Positions 53,700-63,334 of a DNA stretch of 64,000 nucleotides are shown here, in pieces. Origin of the DNA: an uncultured Chloroflexia bacterium (GTDB lineage Bacteria > Chloroflexota > Limnocylindria > Limnocylindrales > CSP1-4); the NCBI GenBank assembly GCA_963768655.1, contig CAVYIM010000004.1:384001-448000 (forward strand), in the 5' to 3' direction. Position 1 is the stretch's first letter; each line of letters opens with the position of its first letter. The notes below the pieces were generated by a model, which was given only the letters and a program-made list of their open reading frames with translations, ran no database searches and was not told the origin of the DNA. Position numbers and translations under genes: made by a program.

Positions 53700-55181
53700 A
53701 TGAATGGTCCGACCCCAGCCAGCGACGCCAATCTGCCGGCCGCGAGCACTCGCTCAGCGGCTAGCGCCGCCGCGGTGCCCGTGGCTGCGAACCCTGGCGG
53801 CGTGACCTACTCGGCGCCCGTGCGGAAAGCTCGCCGCGTCCCGGTGCCCCGCGTCTGGCCGATCAAGGATTACGACGTCTACGCCCTCCTGGGCGGGAAC
53901 GCCTTCGTGATCCTGGCCATGTGGGTCCGCCATGGCGGTCTGAACGAGCTGGCGACGTCCGCTGGCATCGTGACGGCCATTGGTGAGCTCGCGGCCCTGT
54001 ACGGCACCTACCTGGTTCTGATCCAGCTGGTTCTCATGTCGCGCAGCCCCTGGCTCGACCAGATCTTCGGCCAGGACCGCCTCGTAGCCGCCCACCGCTG
54101 GGTCGGCTTTAGTGCGATCTGGCTGCTGGTCGCCCACTTCGTCTTCACGACCGTCGGCTATGGCATGGCCGACGGCAGCGGCCCGATCAACGAGGCGATC
54201 AACCTCCTCACGGTCTATCCCTACGTCCTGTGGTCCGGCATCGGGCTGGTCCTGTTCATCCTCGTCGGCATCACGTCCGTGCGGGCAGCTCGCCGGATGG
54301 CGTCGTACGAGACCTGGTACGCGATCCACCTCTACACGTATCTGGCCATCGCCCTCAGCTTCTTGCATCAGCTCTTCGTCGGCATCGACTTCGCCACCGA
54401 TCCGATTGCGCGCGCGTACTGGATCGCCCTGTACGTCCTGGCCTTCGGGCTGCTGTTCGTCTTCCGCTTCGGCCAGCCCATCTCGGTTTCCTGGCGTCAT
54501 CGCCTCCGCGTCGCCAACGTCGTCAAGGAAAGCCCGGATGCCGTGTCGATATACCTCACCGGCAAGGATCTCGACCAGCTCCCGGTCCGGGCCGGCCAGT
54601 GGTTCCGGCTTCGCTTCATGACGTCGAACGGCTGGTGGCGGGCTCATCCGTTCTCGATCTCGGCAGCCCCCAACGGCGAGTACCTCCGCTTCACGATCAA
54701 GAACCTGGGTGACTACACCAGACTCCTCCAGCACGTTCGCGTCGGAACCTCGGTCTTCGTCGAGGGCCCTTACGGCGTATTCACGGGCGCCACGCGAACC
54801 AAGGCCCGAGTCCTGTTCATCGCCGGCGGGATCGGCATCACGCCGCTCCGGGCGCTGCTCGAGGAGCTGCCGGCCGCACGCGGGAACCTGACGCTCGTCT
54901 ACCGCGCGAGCCACGAACACGAAGTGGTCTTCCGCAACGAGCTGGACGAGCTCGCCAGCCTGCGAGGAGCCACGGTCCACTACCTGGTCGGACGCCGCGG
55001 CTCTCGTGAGATGCCGTCCGATCCACTCGACCCCCGTGCGCTTCGCCGCCTGGTTCCGGATGTCTACGACCGAGACATCTACGTCTGCGGGCCGGCCGGG
55101 ATGATGGAGCGCGTCCTGAGCGGGCTCCACTGGCTGCGGATCGCCGAGTCGCAGATCCACTACGAACGTTTCAACTTCTGA
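53700..55181 (+). CDS. Ferric reductase-like transmembrane + FAD/NAD-binding oxidoreductase
   Basis: HRWVG..AH, YETWYAIHLYTY..HQ heme His; AGQWF, HPFSIS, EGPYG, AGGIGITP, YVCGP, HYERF. Confidence 0.92.
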   Translation: MNGPTPASDANLPAASTRSAASAAAVPVAANPGGVTYSAPVRKARRVPVPRVWPIKDYDVYALLGGNAFVILAMWVRHGGLNELATSAGIVTAIGELAALYGTYLVLIQLVLMSRSPWLDQIFGQDRLVAAHRWVGFSAIWLLVAHFVFTTVGYGMADGSGPINEAINLLTVYPYVLWSGIGLVLFILVGITSVRAARRMASYETWYAIHLYTYLAIALSFLHQLFVGIDFATDPIARAYWIALYVLAFGLLFVFRFGQPISVSWRHRLRVANVVKESPDAVSIYLTGKDLDQLPVRAGQWFRLRFMTSNGWWRAHPFSISAAPNGEYLRFTIKNLGDYTRLLQHVRVGTSVFVEGPYGVFTGATRTKARVLFIAGGIGITPLRALLEELPAARGNLTLVYRASHEHEVVFRNELDELASLRGATVHYLVGRRGSREMPSDPLDPRALRRLVPDVYDRDIYVCGPAGMMERVLSGLHWLRIAESQIHYERFNF

Positions 55182-55192
55182 GGACCGCAGAA

Positions 55193-55648
55193 ATGAACAT
55201 CCTGCCCAAGCGTGGAGTGATCGGAGGGGCTCTGACCGCCCTGGCGCTGGCCCTGATCCTGAGCTTCAAGACGCCCAGCTCCACCGGGCTCGTCACCGTC
55301 AACTCGAACGGCGGAACCACGGGCAACACTCTTGGCGGGACGCAGTCGGGCTCCGGGACGGGGACGGCCAGCAGCTACACGGGCCAGCTGACCGGGCAAG
55401 CAGTCCAGATCCCCTTCGGCACCGTCCAGGTCCAGGTGACCATGCAGAACGGCAAGATCACCGACGTTCAGGCCCTCCAGTTGCCCGGCGGCCAGTTCCG
55501 CTCGCAGCAGATCAGCCAGTACGCCGCGCCGCAGCTGCGCAGCGAGGTGCTGGCGGCCCAGAGCGCCAACGTCAACACGATCTCGGGCGCGACTTACACG
55601 AGCATGGGATATCTGCAATCCCTCCAGTCGGCCCTCGACCAGGCCTAA
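55193..55648 (+). CDS. Extracytosolic FMN-binding (flavinylated) protein
   Basis: N-terminal TM/signal; FGTVQVQVT..ITDV; NTISGATYTS flavinylation motif. Confidence 0.9.
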   Translation: MNILPKRGVIGGALTALALALILSFKTPSSTGLVTVNSNGGTTGNTLGGTQSGSGTGTASSYTGQLTGQAVQIPFGTVQVQVTMQNGKITDVQALQLPGGQFRSQQISQYAAPQLRSEVLAAQSANVNTISGATYTSMGYLQSLQSALDQA

Positions 55649-55654
55649 ACCGAT

Positions 55655-55929
55655 CGCCGTCGGGCGGCGCATCGCGGTGTTGGAGCCTGCGTTCCTCGCT
55701 CACGCACCTTCTGGTGCGCTCGCTCCGGTACTCGGCTCCGCCTGGCGCTGCGCTCGCCGGGCCGGCGTTCGGGACGAGTGGCGCCGTCGGGCGGCGCCGT
55801 CGCATCGCGGTGTTGGAGCCTGCGTTCCTCGCTTACGCACCTTCTGGTGCGCTCGCTCCGGTACTCGGCTCCGCCTGGCGCTGCGCTCGCCGGGCCGGCG
55901 TTCGGGACGAGTGGCGCCGTCGGGCGGCG
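55655..55929. repeat. Intergenic tandem duplication (period 133 bp) of a palindromic REP/MITE-like element
   Basis: 55668-55796 = 55801-55929 except C55701/T55834; inner stem CGCACC-TTCT-GGTGCG, outer GAGCC/GGCTC. Confidence 0.88.
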
Positions 55930-55998
55930 ATCTTCGCTCGTGGCTGGCCGGGCTGGCGATCTTCGCCCGTGGCCGTCGGGCGCGCGTGAGGCGAACCT

Positions 55999-56682
55999 CT
56001 ACGGAGCCCAGGAGTTCATCTCGATATCGCCCGACGGAACGGTGTTATCGCCCAGACACGACGGAACTCCACCCAGGTCCGTCGGGGACGCGGCGCCGGC
56101 GGTGACCATGCCCGTCCCGGGAATGACGAACGCCACCCGGACCGGGGCCACGATCGGCGGGGCCGCGCACAGATTCGAGGTCTGAACCGAGGCGATCATC
56201 GTGGCGTTGGGAGCGAGCATCAGCATCGGCGAGGCCCCGGGAGCCTGGCCGGTGATCAGGATCGAGTTGTCGCCGTTGAGGAGGAGGGGCTGGCTCTTGG
56301 ACGCGATGAGGCACGGCGTCGAACCGACGTTCTGGAGCTGGAAGGTGGCCATCTCGTGACCGGAGCCGCTCTGCCAGGCCACTCCGCCCTGGAGGGTGAT
56401 TGTGATCTGGAGGTCGGTTCCGTAGCACGGCCCTATCGTCGGCGACGGTTTGGGCGTCGGCGGCGGCGTGGGCGTCGGCGTGGGCGTGGGCGACGGCGTG
56501 GGCGTGGGCGACGGCGAGGCCGTCGGGGTCGGGGTTACGAAGGGAAGGACCCTCGGCGTCTTGGTGGCGCCAGAGCAACCTGCGAGCGCGGCGCCGAGCA
56601 CCAGCATGGCGATCAGCCCGAGCGACGCCGAGCGGGCTGCTCTGCGTTCGCGGGATCGGCGGGCTGGGAGATTGGCGGGCAT
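55999..56682 (-). CDS. DUF4232-like lipoprotein with P/T linker
   Basis: GAGGAGG RBS; lipobox LAGC; PCYGTDL..FQLQNVGSTPC. Confidence 0.72.
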   Translation of the reverse strand: MPANLPARRSRERRAARSASLGLIAMLVLGAALAGCSGATKTPRVLPFVTPTPTASPSPTPTPSPTPTPTPTPPPTPKPSPTIGPCYGTDLQITITLQGGVAWQSGSGHEMATFQLQNVGSTPCLIASKSQPLLLNGDNSILITGQAPGASPMLMLAPNATMIASVQTSNLCAAPPIVAPVRVAFVIPGTGMVTAGAASPTDLGGVPSCLGDNTVPSGDIEMNSWAP

Positions 56683-57198
56683 ATGTCCTCCTCGAGGTTT
56701 GTCGGCCCACAGGGTAGCGCAAAGCCGCCCCTGTCCACCGGCGACCGCGTCTGGGCGGCAACGCGGCGATCGTCGGACGAGCGCCAATCTGCCCGTCGGG
56801 CGCCCCGAGACGCCACTCCACAAGCGCCGACCGAGCGGTCGGGCGCCGCGGAGAGCCGGTCCCGCGAGCGTGTCGACGGCGCCGACAACGCCGGCGGAGC
56901 GCCGGGCAGGTGGCCGGCACGCTCGCCCCCGGGACTCCAGCCGCTGGCGTCGTGGTCTGCGGGCGGGAGTTCGGTCGGGACGGCTTTCGTTCGAGATCGA
57001 GGCGAAGCGACACGTTCGGCGATTCCCCGCCGGAGCGGCCAATTCGCGCTCGGAGACGGTGGACCGTTCGTCGAGAACGGGCGGGAAGACACGCGCCCGA
57101 CCAGACTCAAGCCCACTTAACCTCACTGAAACGCAATTCTGACGCGAGCACCAACACGGGCGAGACAGGCCGCGCCTGGCGCAGGTATGATCTATCCG

Positions 57199-58278
57199 AT
57201 GAGCGACGAGACTGTCACGTCGTTCCAGGAGGGACACGCGGCTTGTCCGTTTGTCGCCTTCGAGGACGACCGAGATCACCGAGCCGACCACCCGGACTAC
57301 GGTCATCGCTGCTTTGCCGCAGCCGAGCCGGAGCCACGGGCTCTTCCGCACCAGGAGCGGTTCTGCCTCTCCGCCGCTTTCGCGCAATGCCCGATATTCC
57401 TCGATTGGGCACGCCAGGAGGCTGCCGGGATCGCGACCAAGACATCCGCTGGCGCGACGGCGACGAGTCAGCCCGCGGCGACCACCGCCAGGGCGGCCTC
57501 AGTCGAGACGCCGGCCTTCCTTGCCAGCCGCGGCCGGACGACTCCCGCCGAGGCAGGTCCGGTGCCGCCGCACTCCTCAGATCCGGGTTCGGGACTGTGG
57601 GGTTTCGAAGGCGCACCCAAGCGGACCGTCGCTTCCGCGACCGTCCCGGCCTCGGCCTCGAGTTCGGATTCCGGAACCACGGCCTACACGATGGCCCGGC
57701 GCGGCCCGACACACCCGGATTGGGAGAAGCCGCCTCGCCTGGACAACTACCCGAGGCTGCGCTCGCACGAGGACAGGAACAACAACCAGCCGCTCCTGCT
57801 GGCGGCGCTGGGCGTCGCCGTCGTGATGGTCGCATTGATCCTGGTTCCGCTGTGGGGCGGCAAGGGCGGGAGCGTCGCGAACCCGAGCGCCAGCGGGTCG
57901 CTCGTCGCGCTCGGGAGCGGGGCTTCGCCCTCCGCGACCGACACGCCCGTCCCGACGCCGGTGCCCGACAGGACGCTGATGGCATACCAGATCACGAGCA
58001 AGGACAAGAACCTCACCGGCATCGCCGCCAAGTTCAGCATCACTCTTACGCTACTCGAGGCGGCGAACCCCCTCTCGACCTGGCCGAGCAAGAGCTACGA
58101 CGTCATCTGGCCGGGAATGATCATCTACATCCCATGGCAGACCTGGACCGCGCCCCCGCCGACCCCGTCTCCGACGCCGACTCCGCTCCTGACGCCCACA
58201 CCCAAGCCGACGCCGACGCCGCTGGCGACTCCTACCCCGCTGGCGACCCCGACTCCCGAGGTCACACTCGGCTACTAG
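57199..58278 (+). CDS. Membrane protein: N-terminal Cys/His motif, TM helix, extracellular LysM-like domain, PT tail
   Basis: CPF..HRC..FCL..QCP; TM LLLAALGVAVVMVALILV; YQITSKDKNLTGIAAKFSITLTLLEAANP..IWPGMIIYIP. Confidence 0.78.
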   Translation: MSDETVTSFQEGHAACPFVAFEDDRDHRADHPDYGHRCFAAAEPEPRALPHQERFCLSAAFAQCPIFLDWARQEAAGIATKTSAGATATSQPAATTARAASVETPAFLASRGRTTPAEAGPVPPHSSDPGSGLWGFEGAPKRTVASATVPASASSSDSGTTAYTMARRGPTHPDWEKPPRLDNYPRLRSHEDRNNNQPLLLAALGVAVVMVALILVPLWGGKGGSVANPSASGSLVALGSGASPSATDTPVPTPVPDRTLMAYQITSKDKNLTGIAAKFSITLTLLEAANPLSTWPSKSYDVIWPGMIIYIPWQTWTAPPPTPSPTPTPLLTPTPKPTPTPLATPTPLATPTPEVTLGY

Positions 58279-58406
58279 GCACGGTCGCGGCAAGCCGGTT
58301 CGAGTCTATGGAGTGGCGCGCAATCGTCCCGGTGCAGGCACCGGCCAGCTTCGCCGCACGACATTACCGGCCCGCTGTGGCGCCCGGATGAGCCCGCCCC
58401 CTGAAG

Positions 58407-58736
58407 TCAGCGGGGCGTCAGGTTGATCGCTGTGATCTTGCCGGCCTCGACCCGAAAGCTCGCGTCGAGCTGCTGGCTGGGGGCGCCGGGGCGGACTATC
58501 AATAGGTTTGCCTGGTAGGTGTTGCCCATGTCGCGCACGTCGCCGGGGATCATCCGAAAACCCGGCTCGGCGCGCAGGAACCAGCCACCGATCTCGCGCA
58601 GTCCTCGCAGCGTTCGGGCGTTGCCGCTGACGTGGACGCGCATCTCGGCCCGCTCGTCCATGAGCGCGACCGCGCCCTCGCGGTCGCCGCTGTTCAGCAG
58701 GTCGAAGAACATCTCCATCGTGTCGACGGCACCCAT
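58407..58736 (-). CDS. SnoaL/NTF2-like small protein
   Basis: FFDLLNSGDREGAVALMD..LRGLREI..FRVEAGKITAI. Confidence 0.75.
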   Translation of the reverse strand: MGAVDTMEMFFDLLNSGDREGAVALMDERAEMRVHVSGNARTLRGLREIGGWFLRAEPGFRMIPGDVRDMGNTYQANLLIVRPGAPSQQLDASFRVEAGKITAINLTPR

Positions 58737-58865
58737 GGCGGGAGTGTAGCCGACCCGACCGACCGTAGATCGGCGCTTCGGCCGGCCGTTCGGTCAGACA
58801 CGCCGCGAGACGTGCGGTCGGCCGGGAATGCGGTCGGGCGGGAATGCGGCCGGGCGGACCCGCGG

Positions 58866-60551
58866 TCAGAAGCCGCCGCCCGCCCCGCCGCCTCCGCCGC
58901 CGCCCCCGCCCCCGAAGCCGCCGCCGCCACGGGAGGCGGACGAACCTATCGAGCCGATCGCGGAGACCATCGACCCGATGTCCGGGATGGCGCCGGCGGA
59001 GTAGAGGCCGCCGCCGCCCGCCCCGACGGCGCCGCCGCCTCCGCCGAAGCCGCCGGCGTGGGGCGTCGACCACCAGACCGGATACCACCCTGTGGCGTAG
59101 CCCGCCCGCCGCGACTCGTCCATGGTGCGGTGCAGGACCGCGTCGATCTCGGAGTTCAGCCCGAGCGCGACGCCCCACGCCATCGCCGCGTCCGGCGTGT
59201 CGACCCACGGCAGCGGCTTGCGGCGAGCCACCTCGTCCATCGAGGCCGACATGCTCATCGTCGCCGCGAGCGTCCGCCCGTACGCGGCCAGCATCGCCCG
59301 CAGCATCGAGCCAAGCTGGGTGCGCGACGGCATGAGCGACGCCATGGCGATCGTGAACGCGCCGCACACTCCGATCGCGACTCCGCCCAGGAGCCCGCCG
59401 CTGGCGTCGAGATCGAACGTCCACCAGACGAGCGCGCTGGCGACCACCAGCTCGATGAACCCGACCAGGGCCCACCGGCCGACCACGCTGGAAGGCTTGG
59501 CCGTGAGCCAGCCCTTCTGGACCGCCAGTGCTTCGAGATCGCTCTTGAACCGAGTCACGGCCGGGGCCAGCTTGCGCATGGCACTGCGGTCCATGAATCC
59601 GCCGTCGCCGGAGAACGTCTCGATGGCGGAGAAGAGCCCGCCTTCGGGCGTCGAGATGGACTCGCGCCTTCCCGTCGCCCCGAGTTCCGTCTGCTGGCCG
59701 ATGAACACCGGCTGCTGGCGGAACTGGACCAACCCCCGCGCTGCCAGGTCGACCATCGCCGCCGAGAGCGTCAGATCGGACGTCCGGTCGTTCATGACGA
59801 GGGTCGCCATGGCCGGGGTCAGGCCGTCCGGCGGAGCCGGCATCAGAACCGAGTTGTCGTCGATGTAGATCGGGTCGCGCCCGTGGGTGTACCAGCGGAT
59901 CAGGACAAAGGCGATGAGCCAGATCGAAAGCGCCAGGACGCCGATCCCAACGGCGGCGTTGATGATGCGATCCTGATTGAGCTGGGCCGCGTGCTCGGGC
60001 GTGGCCGCCGCGTCGATGTCCGAGAGGGCTATCGCCAGCGCGCCGTCGAAGTCGCCGTCGACGAGTTTCGGCTTCATGTCGTTGTCGTAGATGGACTGGC
60101 GATCGGCATTGGTCAGGAAGGCGGCGCTGAAGCCACTGCCGGCATACAGCGAGACCTCACCGTGCTGGCGGTTGTCCTGCATGTCGAAGAGGATCACCAG
60201 GCCGTCGTCGAAGCCCGCCCGCCCGACGCCCCACTGATTCATCAGCGCCAGGGCGTCCGCGTTCACGAGGTCGAGGGAGTCGCTCTCGGGTTTGATCTGC
60301 GTGTAGACCGCGACCTCGGCGCCGGTCCGATTCTCGATGCCGCTGATCGTCGCTTCGGCCGAAGAGATGGCACTCGCCGAGAAGATGCCGGCGTAGTCGT
60401 AGACGCGCTGGCCGCTGACCGGCTGCGGGAAGGGCGGCCCGGCAGGTGGAGTCTGGACGGTGGCGGCGGAGACGAGCGACGCCATGGCGAACAGCGACCA
60501 CAGCGACGCCAGCGCGATCCCCGCGAAGGCCCGCCGGCCGTTGAGCCTCAT
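58866..60551 (-). CDS. TPM domain + DUF2207-like membrane protein with Gly-rich tail
   Basis: VYDYAGIFS..WGVGRAGFDDGLVILF (TPM); PPDGLTPA..AAMVDLAARG..WGVALG..GGGFGGGGGGGGGG. Confidence 0.82.
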   Translation of the reverse strand: MRLNGRRAFAGIALASLWSLFAMASLVSAATVQTPPAGPPFPQPVSGQRVYDYAGIFSASAISSAEATISGIENRTGAEVAVYTQIKPESDSLDLVNADALALMNQWGVGRAGFDDGLVILFDMQDNRQHGEVSLYAGSGFSAAFLTNADRQSIYDNDMKPKLVDGDFDGALAIALSDIDAAATPEHAAQLNQDRIINAAVGIGVLALSIWLIAFVLIRWYTHGRDPIYIDDNSVLMPAPPDGLTPAMATLVMNDRTSDLTLSAAMVDLAARGLVQFRQQPVFIGQQTELGATGRRESISTPEGGLFSAIETFSGDGGFMDRSAMRKLAPAVTRFKSDLEALAVQKGWLTAKPSSVVGRWALVGFIELVVASALVWWTFDLDASGGLLGGVAIGVCGAFTIAMASLMPSRTQLGSMLRAMLAAYGRTLAATMSMSASMDEVARRKPLPWVDTPDAAMAWGVALGLNSEIDAVLHRTMDESRRAGYATGWYPVWWSTPHAGGFGGGGGAVGAGGGGLYSAGAIPDIGSMVSAIGSIGSSASRGGGGFGGGGGGGGGGAGGGF

Positions 60552-62602
60552 CGAGTCTCCTCCTTGGCGCTGGTGGCCGATTTCGTGGCCATTCGGGCGC
60601 GCAGTCGCCGGACGAGCTCGGCCGACAGCTCGTACCGCCCGAAGCTGGGCATGATGTACGTGCCCTGGACCATTCCGTCGGTCCGGCTGAGAAGGTCCAT
60701 GGCCATCTCGAGCCCGACTTCCGTGCCGCGCGCGCCGGCCTCGCGCATGGCGGCTCGCTGCTTCTCGGGGATCGTGATGCCGGGCACTTCGTTGTGCAGG
60801 AACTCAGCGTGGCGGGAGCTGTGGAGCGGTAGCACGCCGAGCAACAAAGGAACGGGAAAGCCGGACGGGCCGAAGATGTCGCGCGCCCGGGCCAGCATTT
60901 CCTCCACCTGGGCCACCGAGTAGAGCGGCTGGGTCATGATCACGTCCGCCCCGGCGGCGAGCTTGCGCTCGAGGCGGGACCACTCCTGGTCCGGGTCGGC
61001 GGCGGTTGGGTCGAGGGCGCAGGCTATGGTGAAGCCGGCCGGCTGACCGATGGCCGACCCGGCCTGGTCCTCGCCGTTGTTCAGGCGCCGCAGGACCTCG
61101 ATCAGGCCGATCGCGTCGATATCCCAGACCGCTGTCGTGGTCAGCTGGTCCGCGGCCCGCGGTGGATCGCCTGTGAGCGCCAGGATGTTGCGAACGCCCA
61201 GGGCGTGGGCGCCCAGCAGCTCGGCTTCGAGGGCCATCAGGTTTCTGTCGCGCGTCGTCAGGTGGACCAGGCACTCGAGGTCGAGGTCGTGCTGGATGCC
61301 GAAGGCCACGGCCATCGCGCCCATTCGGACTCGCCCGGTCGCCGAGTCACTGATGTTCACCAGGTCCACGCCCGCCCGCTGCAGGAGTCGGGCGGCCTCG
61401 ATGGTGCGATCGATGCGGATCGAGCGGGGCGGGTCGATCTCGACCGAAATGACGAACGTGCCCTCGGCGAGCTTGCGGGCCAGGGTGGTTGGCGGCGGCG
61501 CCTCGCCCTCTGCGCCGATCTCGCGGCGGGGCGTGCGCGGCGCGGCCGAGGCGGCATTCTCTCGCTCGGCGTCGTCGGGACGCGGAGCGACGGTAACTCC
61601 GCGGCGGCCGCCGGCGGTCATGGCGTCGATCGCGGCCCGCATCTCGGCCGTGTGTCTGGGTGTCGTGCCGCAACAGCCGCCGACGATCATGGCGCCGGCA
61701 GCGATCATCTTCGGGACCATCTCACCGAAGTACTCGGGCTCGGCCGAATAGACGAGGCGACCTTCGATGCGCTGGGGGAGGCCGGCGTTGGGCTGGAGCG
61801 AGCGGGCCACCAGGGCATTGGGCGGTCCGGTCCGGACGAGAGCCTCAAGACAGGCCTGCGGTCCGGCCCCGCAGTTGACTCCGATAGCATCCACGCCCGC
61901 CTCGGTGAGGGCCGCCGCCGCGGCGGCGGGAGTGGTTCCGTCGGCCAGCAGCAGGTCCTCGCCGAAGGTCATCTGCGCGATAACCGGCAGGTCGCAGGCG
62001 CGCTGGATCTCCTCGATCGCGGCCAGCAGCGTGTCCAGGTCGCCGAAGGTGTCGCACACGAACAGGTCGACGCCGCCTTCGAGGAGCCCCTCCACTTGCT
62101 CGCGGAATGCCGCCCGGGCGATCCCCGGATGCGGCCGATCCTGGATTCGGAGCGCCGCGCCGAGCGGTCCGATCGTGCCGGCGACGAGCGCCTCACGTCC
62201 GGCCACGTCGCGGGCTTCGCGGGCGAGCTGCGCGCCGCGCCGGTTCATCTGCCCGGCCAGCTGCTCCAGGCCAAACTCGGCGAGACGGAAGCGGTTCGCG
62301 CCGAAAGTGTCCGTCTCGATGGCGTCGGCGCCCGCTTCGAGGTACTCGCGGTGGATCTCGAAGACGACCTCGGAGTGGGTCAGCACAACCTCGTCCAGGC
62401 AGGCTCGCTGGGGAATGCCGCGGCTGTACAGCAGCGTGCCCATCGCGCCGTCGAAGAGCAGCGGCCGGCGCCGCAGCTGCATGCGGAAGCGCTCCCGTTC
62501 GGAAAGAGCGCCGGGGGTGCCGGCTGTGTCCCGCGCGGCGTCATCGGCCGCGGCGAACGCGGCGAAGAGATCGAGCGGCGACGAGGTGTGGGTGACGGAC
62601 AT
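60548..62602 (-). CDS. Bifunctional homocysteine S-methyltransferase / methylenetetrahydrofolate reductase (YitJ-like)
   Basis: FDGAMGT, IHREYLEAGA, GVNCG, PNAGLP, GGCCGTTP; SVEIDPP, TTRDRN, ALTGDPP, MTQP, FLHNEVPG. Confidence 0.93.
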   Translation of the reverse strand: MSVTHTSSPLDLFAAFAAADDAARDTAGTPGALSERERFRMQLRRRPLLFDGAMGTLLYSRGIPQRACLDEVVLTHSEVVFEIHREYLEAGADAIETDTFGANRFRLAEFGLEQLAGQMNRRGAQLAREARDVAGREALVAGTIGPLGAALRIQDRPHPGIARAAFREQVEGLLEGGVDLFVCDTFGDLDTLLAAIEEIQRACDLPVIAQMTFGEDLLLADGTTPAAAAAALTEAGVDAIGVNCGAGPQACLEALVRTGPPNALVARSLQPNAGLPQRIEGRLVYSAEPEYFGEMVPKMIAAGAMIVGGCCGTTPRHTAEMRAAIDAMTAGGRRGVTVAPRPDDAERENAASAAPRTPRREIGAEGEAPPPTTLARKLAEGTFVISVEIDPPRSIRIDRTIEAARLLQRAGVDLVNISDSATGRVRMGAMAVAFGIQHDLDLECLVHLTTRDRNLMALEAELLGAHALGVRNILALTGDPPRAADQLTTTAVWDIDAIGLIEVLRRLNNGEDQAGSAIGQPAGFTIACALDPTAADPDQEWSRLERKLAAGADVIMTQPLYSVAQVEEMLARARDIFGPSGFPVPLLLGVLPLHSSRHAEFLHNEVPGITIPEKQRAAMREAGARGTEVGLEMAMDLLSRTDGMVQGTYIMPSFGRYELSAELVRRLRARMATKSATSAKEETR

Positions 62603-62702
62603 GTCGAAAGCCTAGCGGGTCCGTCACCCGCGGGACAAGCCTCGGGCGCGGAGGAGCAGTTGACGGCGGTCGGTGGTCGGCGGTCGGCGGTCGGCGGAGA
62701 AG

Positions 62703-63134
62703 CTAGAGGCCGATGACCTTGCGCGGGACGAGGAGGATGTTGAGCACCGTAGAAACAACGCTGATGACGATCGAGGCGACGACCGCGCAACCGATGGCTT
62801 CGTACCCGAACTGGGGTGGGTATCCACCGACTGTGAATCCGATGGACACGGTGTTCTGGGCCTGGCTGATCGCCCAGGCCGTCCCGAGCAGCATCGCCGC
62901 GTTGATGACGAAGGCCACCAGCCCCATCGTCAGAAAGCCGATCGGCAGGGCCAGAGTCTTCACGATCGGCTTGATGTAGCTGTTGACGAGGGCGAAGACG
63001 AATGCAATAACCGCGATCTTCAGCCAGTCCTCGGGCTTGTCGTTGCGGAAGGCGAGATTGAAGTCGGGCACGACGTTGGCCGCCGCGAGCAGCGCCACGG
63101 CATTCACGGCGACCTTGAAGAGCAGGTCGATCAT
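62703..63134 (-). CDS. 4-TM phage-holin superfamily IV (YvlD-like) membrane protein
   Basis: VNAVALL..ALVNSYIKPIVKTLALPIGFLTMGLVAFVINAAML. Confidence 0.85.
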   Translation of the reverse strand: MIDLLFKVAVNAVALLAAANVVPDFNLAFRNDKPEDWLKIAVIAFVFALVNSYIKPIVKTLALPIGFLTMGLVAFVINAAMLLGTAWAISQAQNTVSIGFTVGGYPPQFGYEAIGCAVVASIVISVVSTVLNILLVPRKVIGL

Positions 63135-63334
63135 CCGCGTTTCCTCCACGACTGGGCGCCGTCCGGGTGCGGCGGCGTCGCATGGTCGGATGCTAGCGCG
63201 CGGGTCGAGCGAGTGTACGGGTTTCGCGCGGCCAATCCTCACCGCCCGTGGGTGGCGGCATGCACCGAAAATGAATGTGATGGGCAATTCGTGGCCGGTC
63301 CGCCCGCTACACTCCAGCAATATCGGAGGAGAAC

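Noticed and set aside
55655-55929. Possible mini-CRISPR (three 15-bp repeats)
   Set aside because: The intervening units are nearly identical and ~112-118 bp long, the repeat is too short, and there are no cas genes.
56683-57190. N-terminal extension of the 55999-57387 ORF, or a separate gene in this gap
   Set aside because: A clear RBS and lipoprotein signal start at 56682; the upstream translation is low-complexity and overlaps the divergent LysM gene.
62603-62700. SAM riboswitch upstream of the yitJ-like gene
   Set aside because: No consensus; the region holds a 7-bp GGCGGTC microsatellite and a leaderless-type -10.
62703-63134. Prophage suggested by holin-like gene
   Set aside because: YvlD-type 4-TM proteins are common chromosomal genes; no other phage genes nearby.
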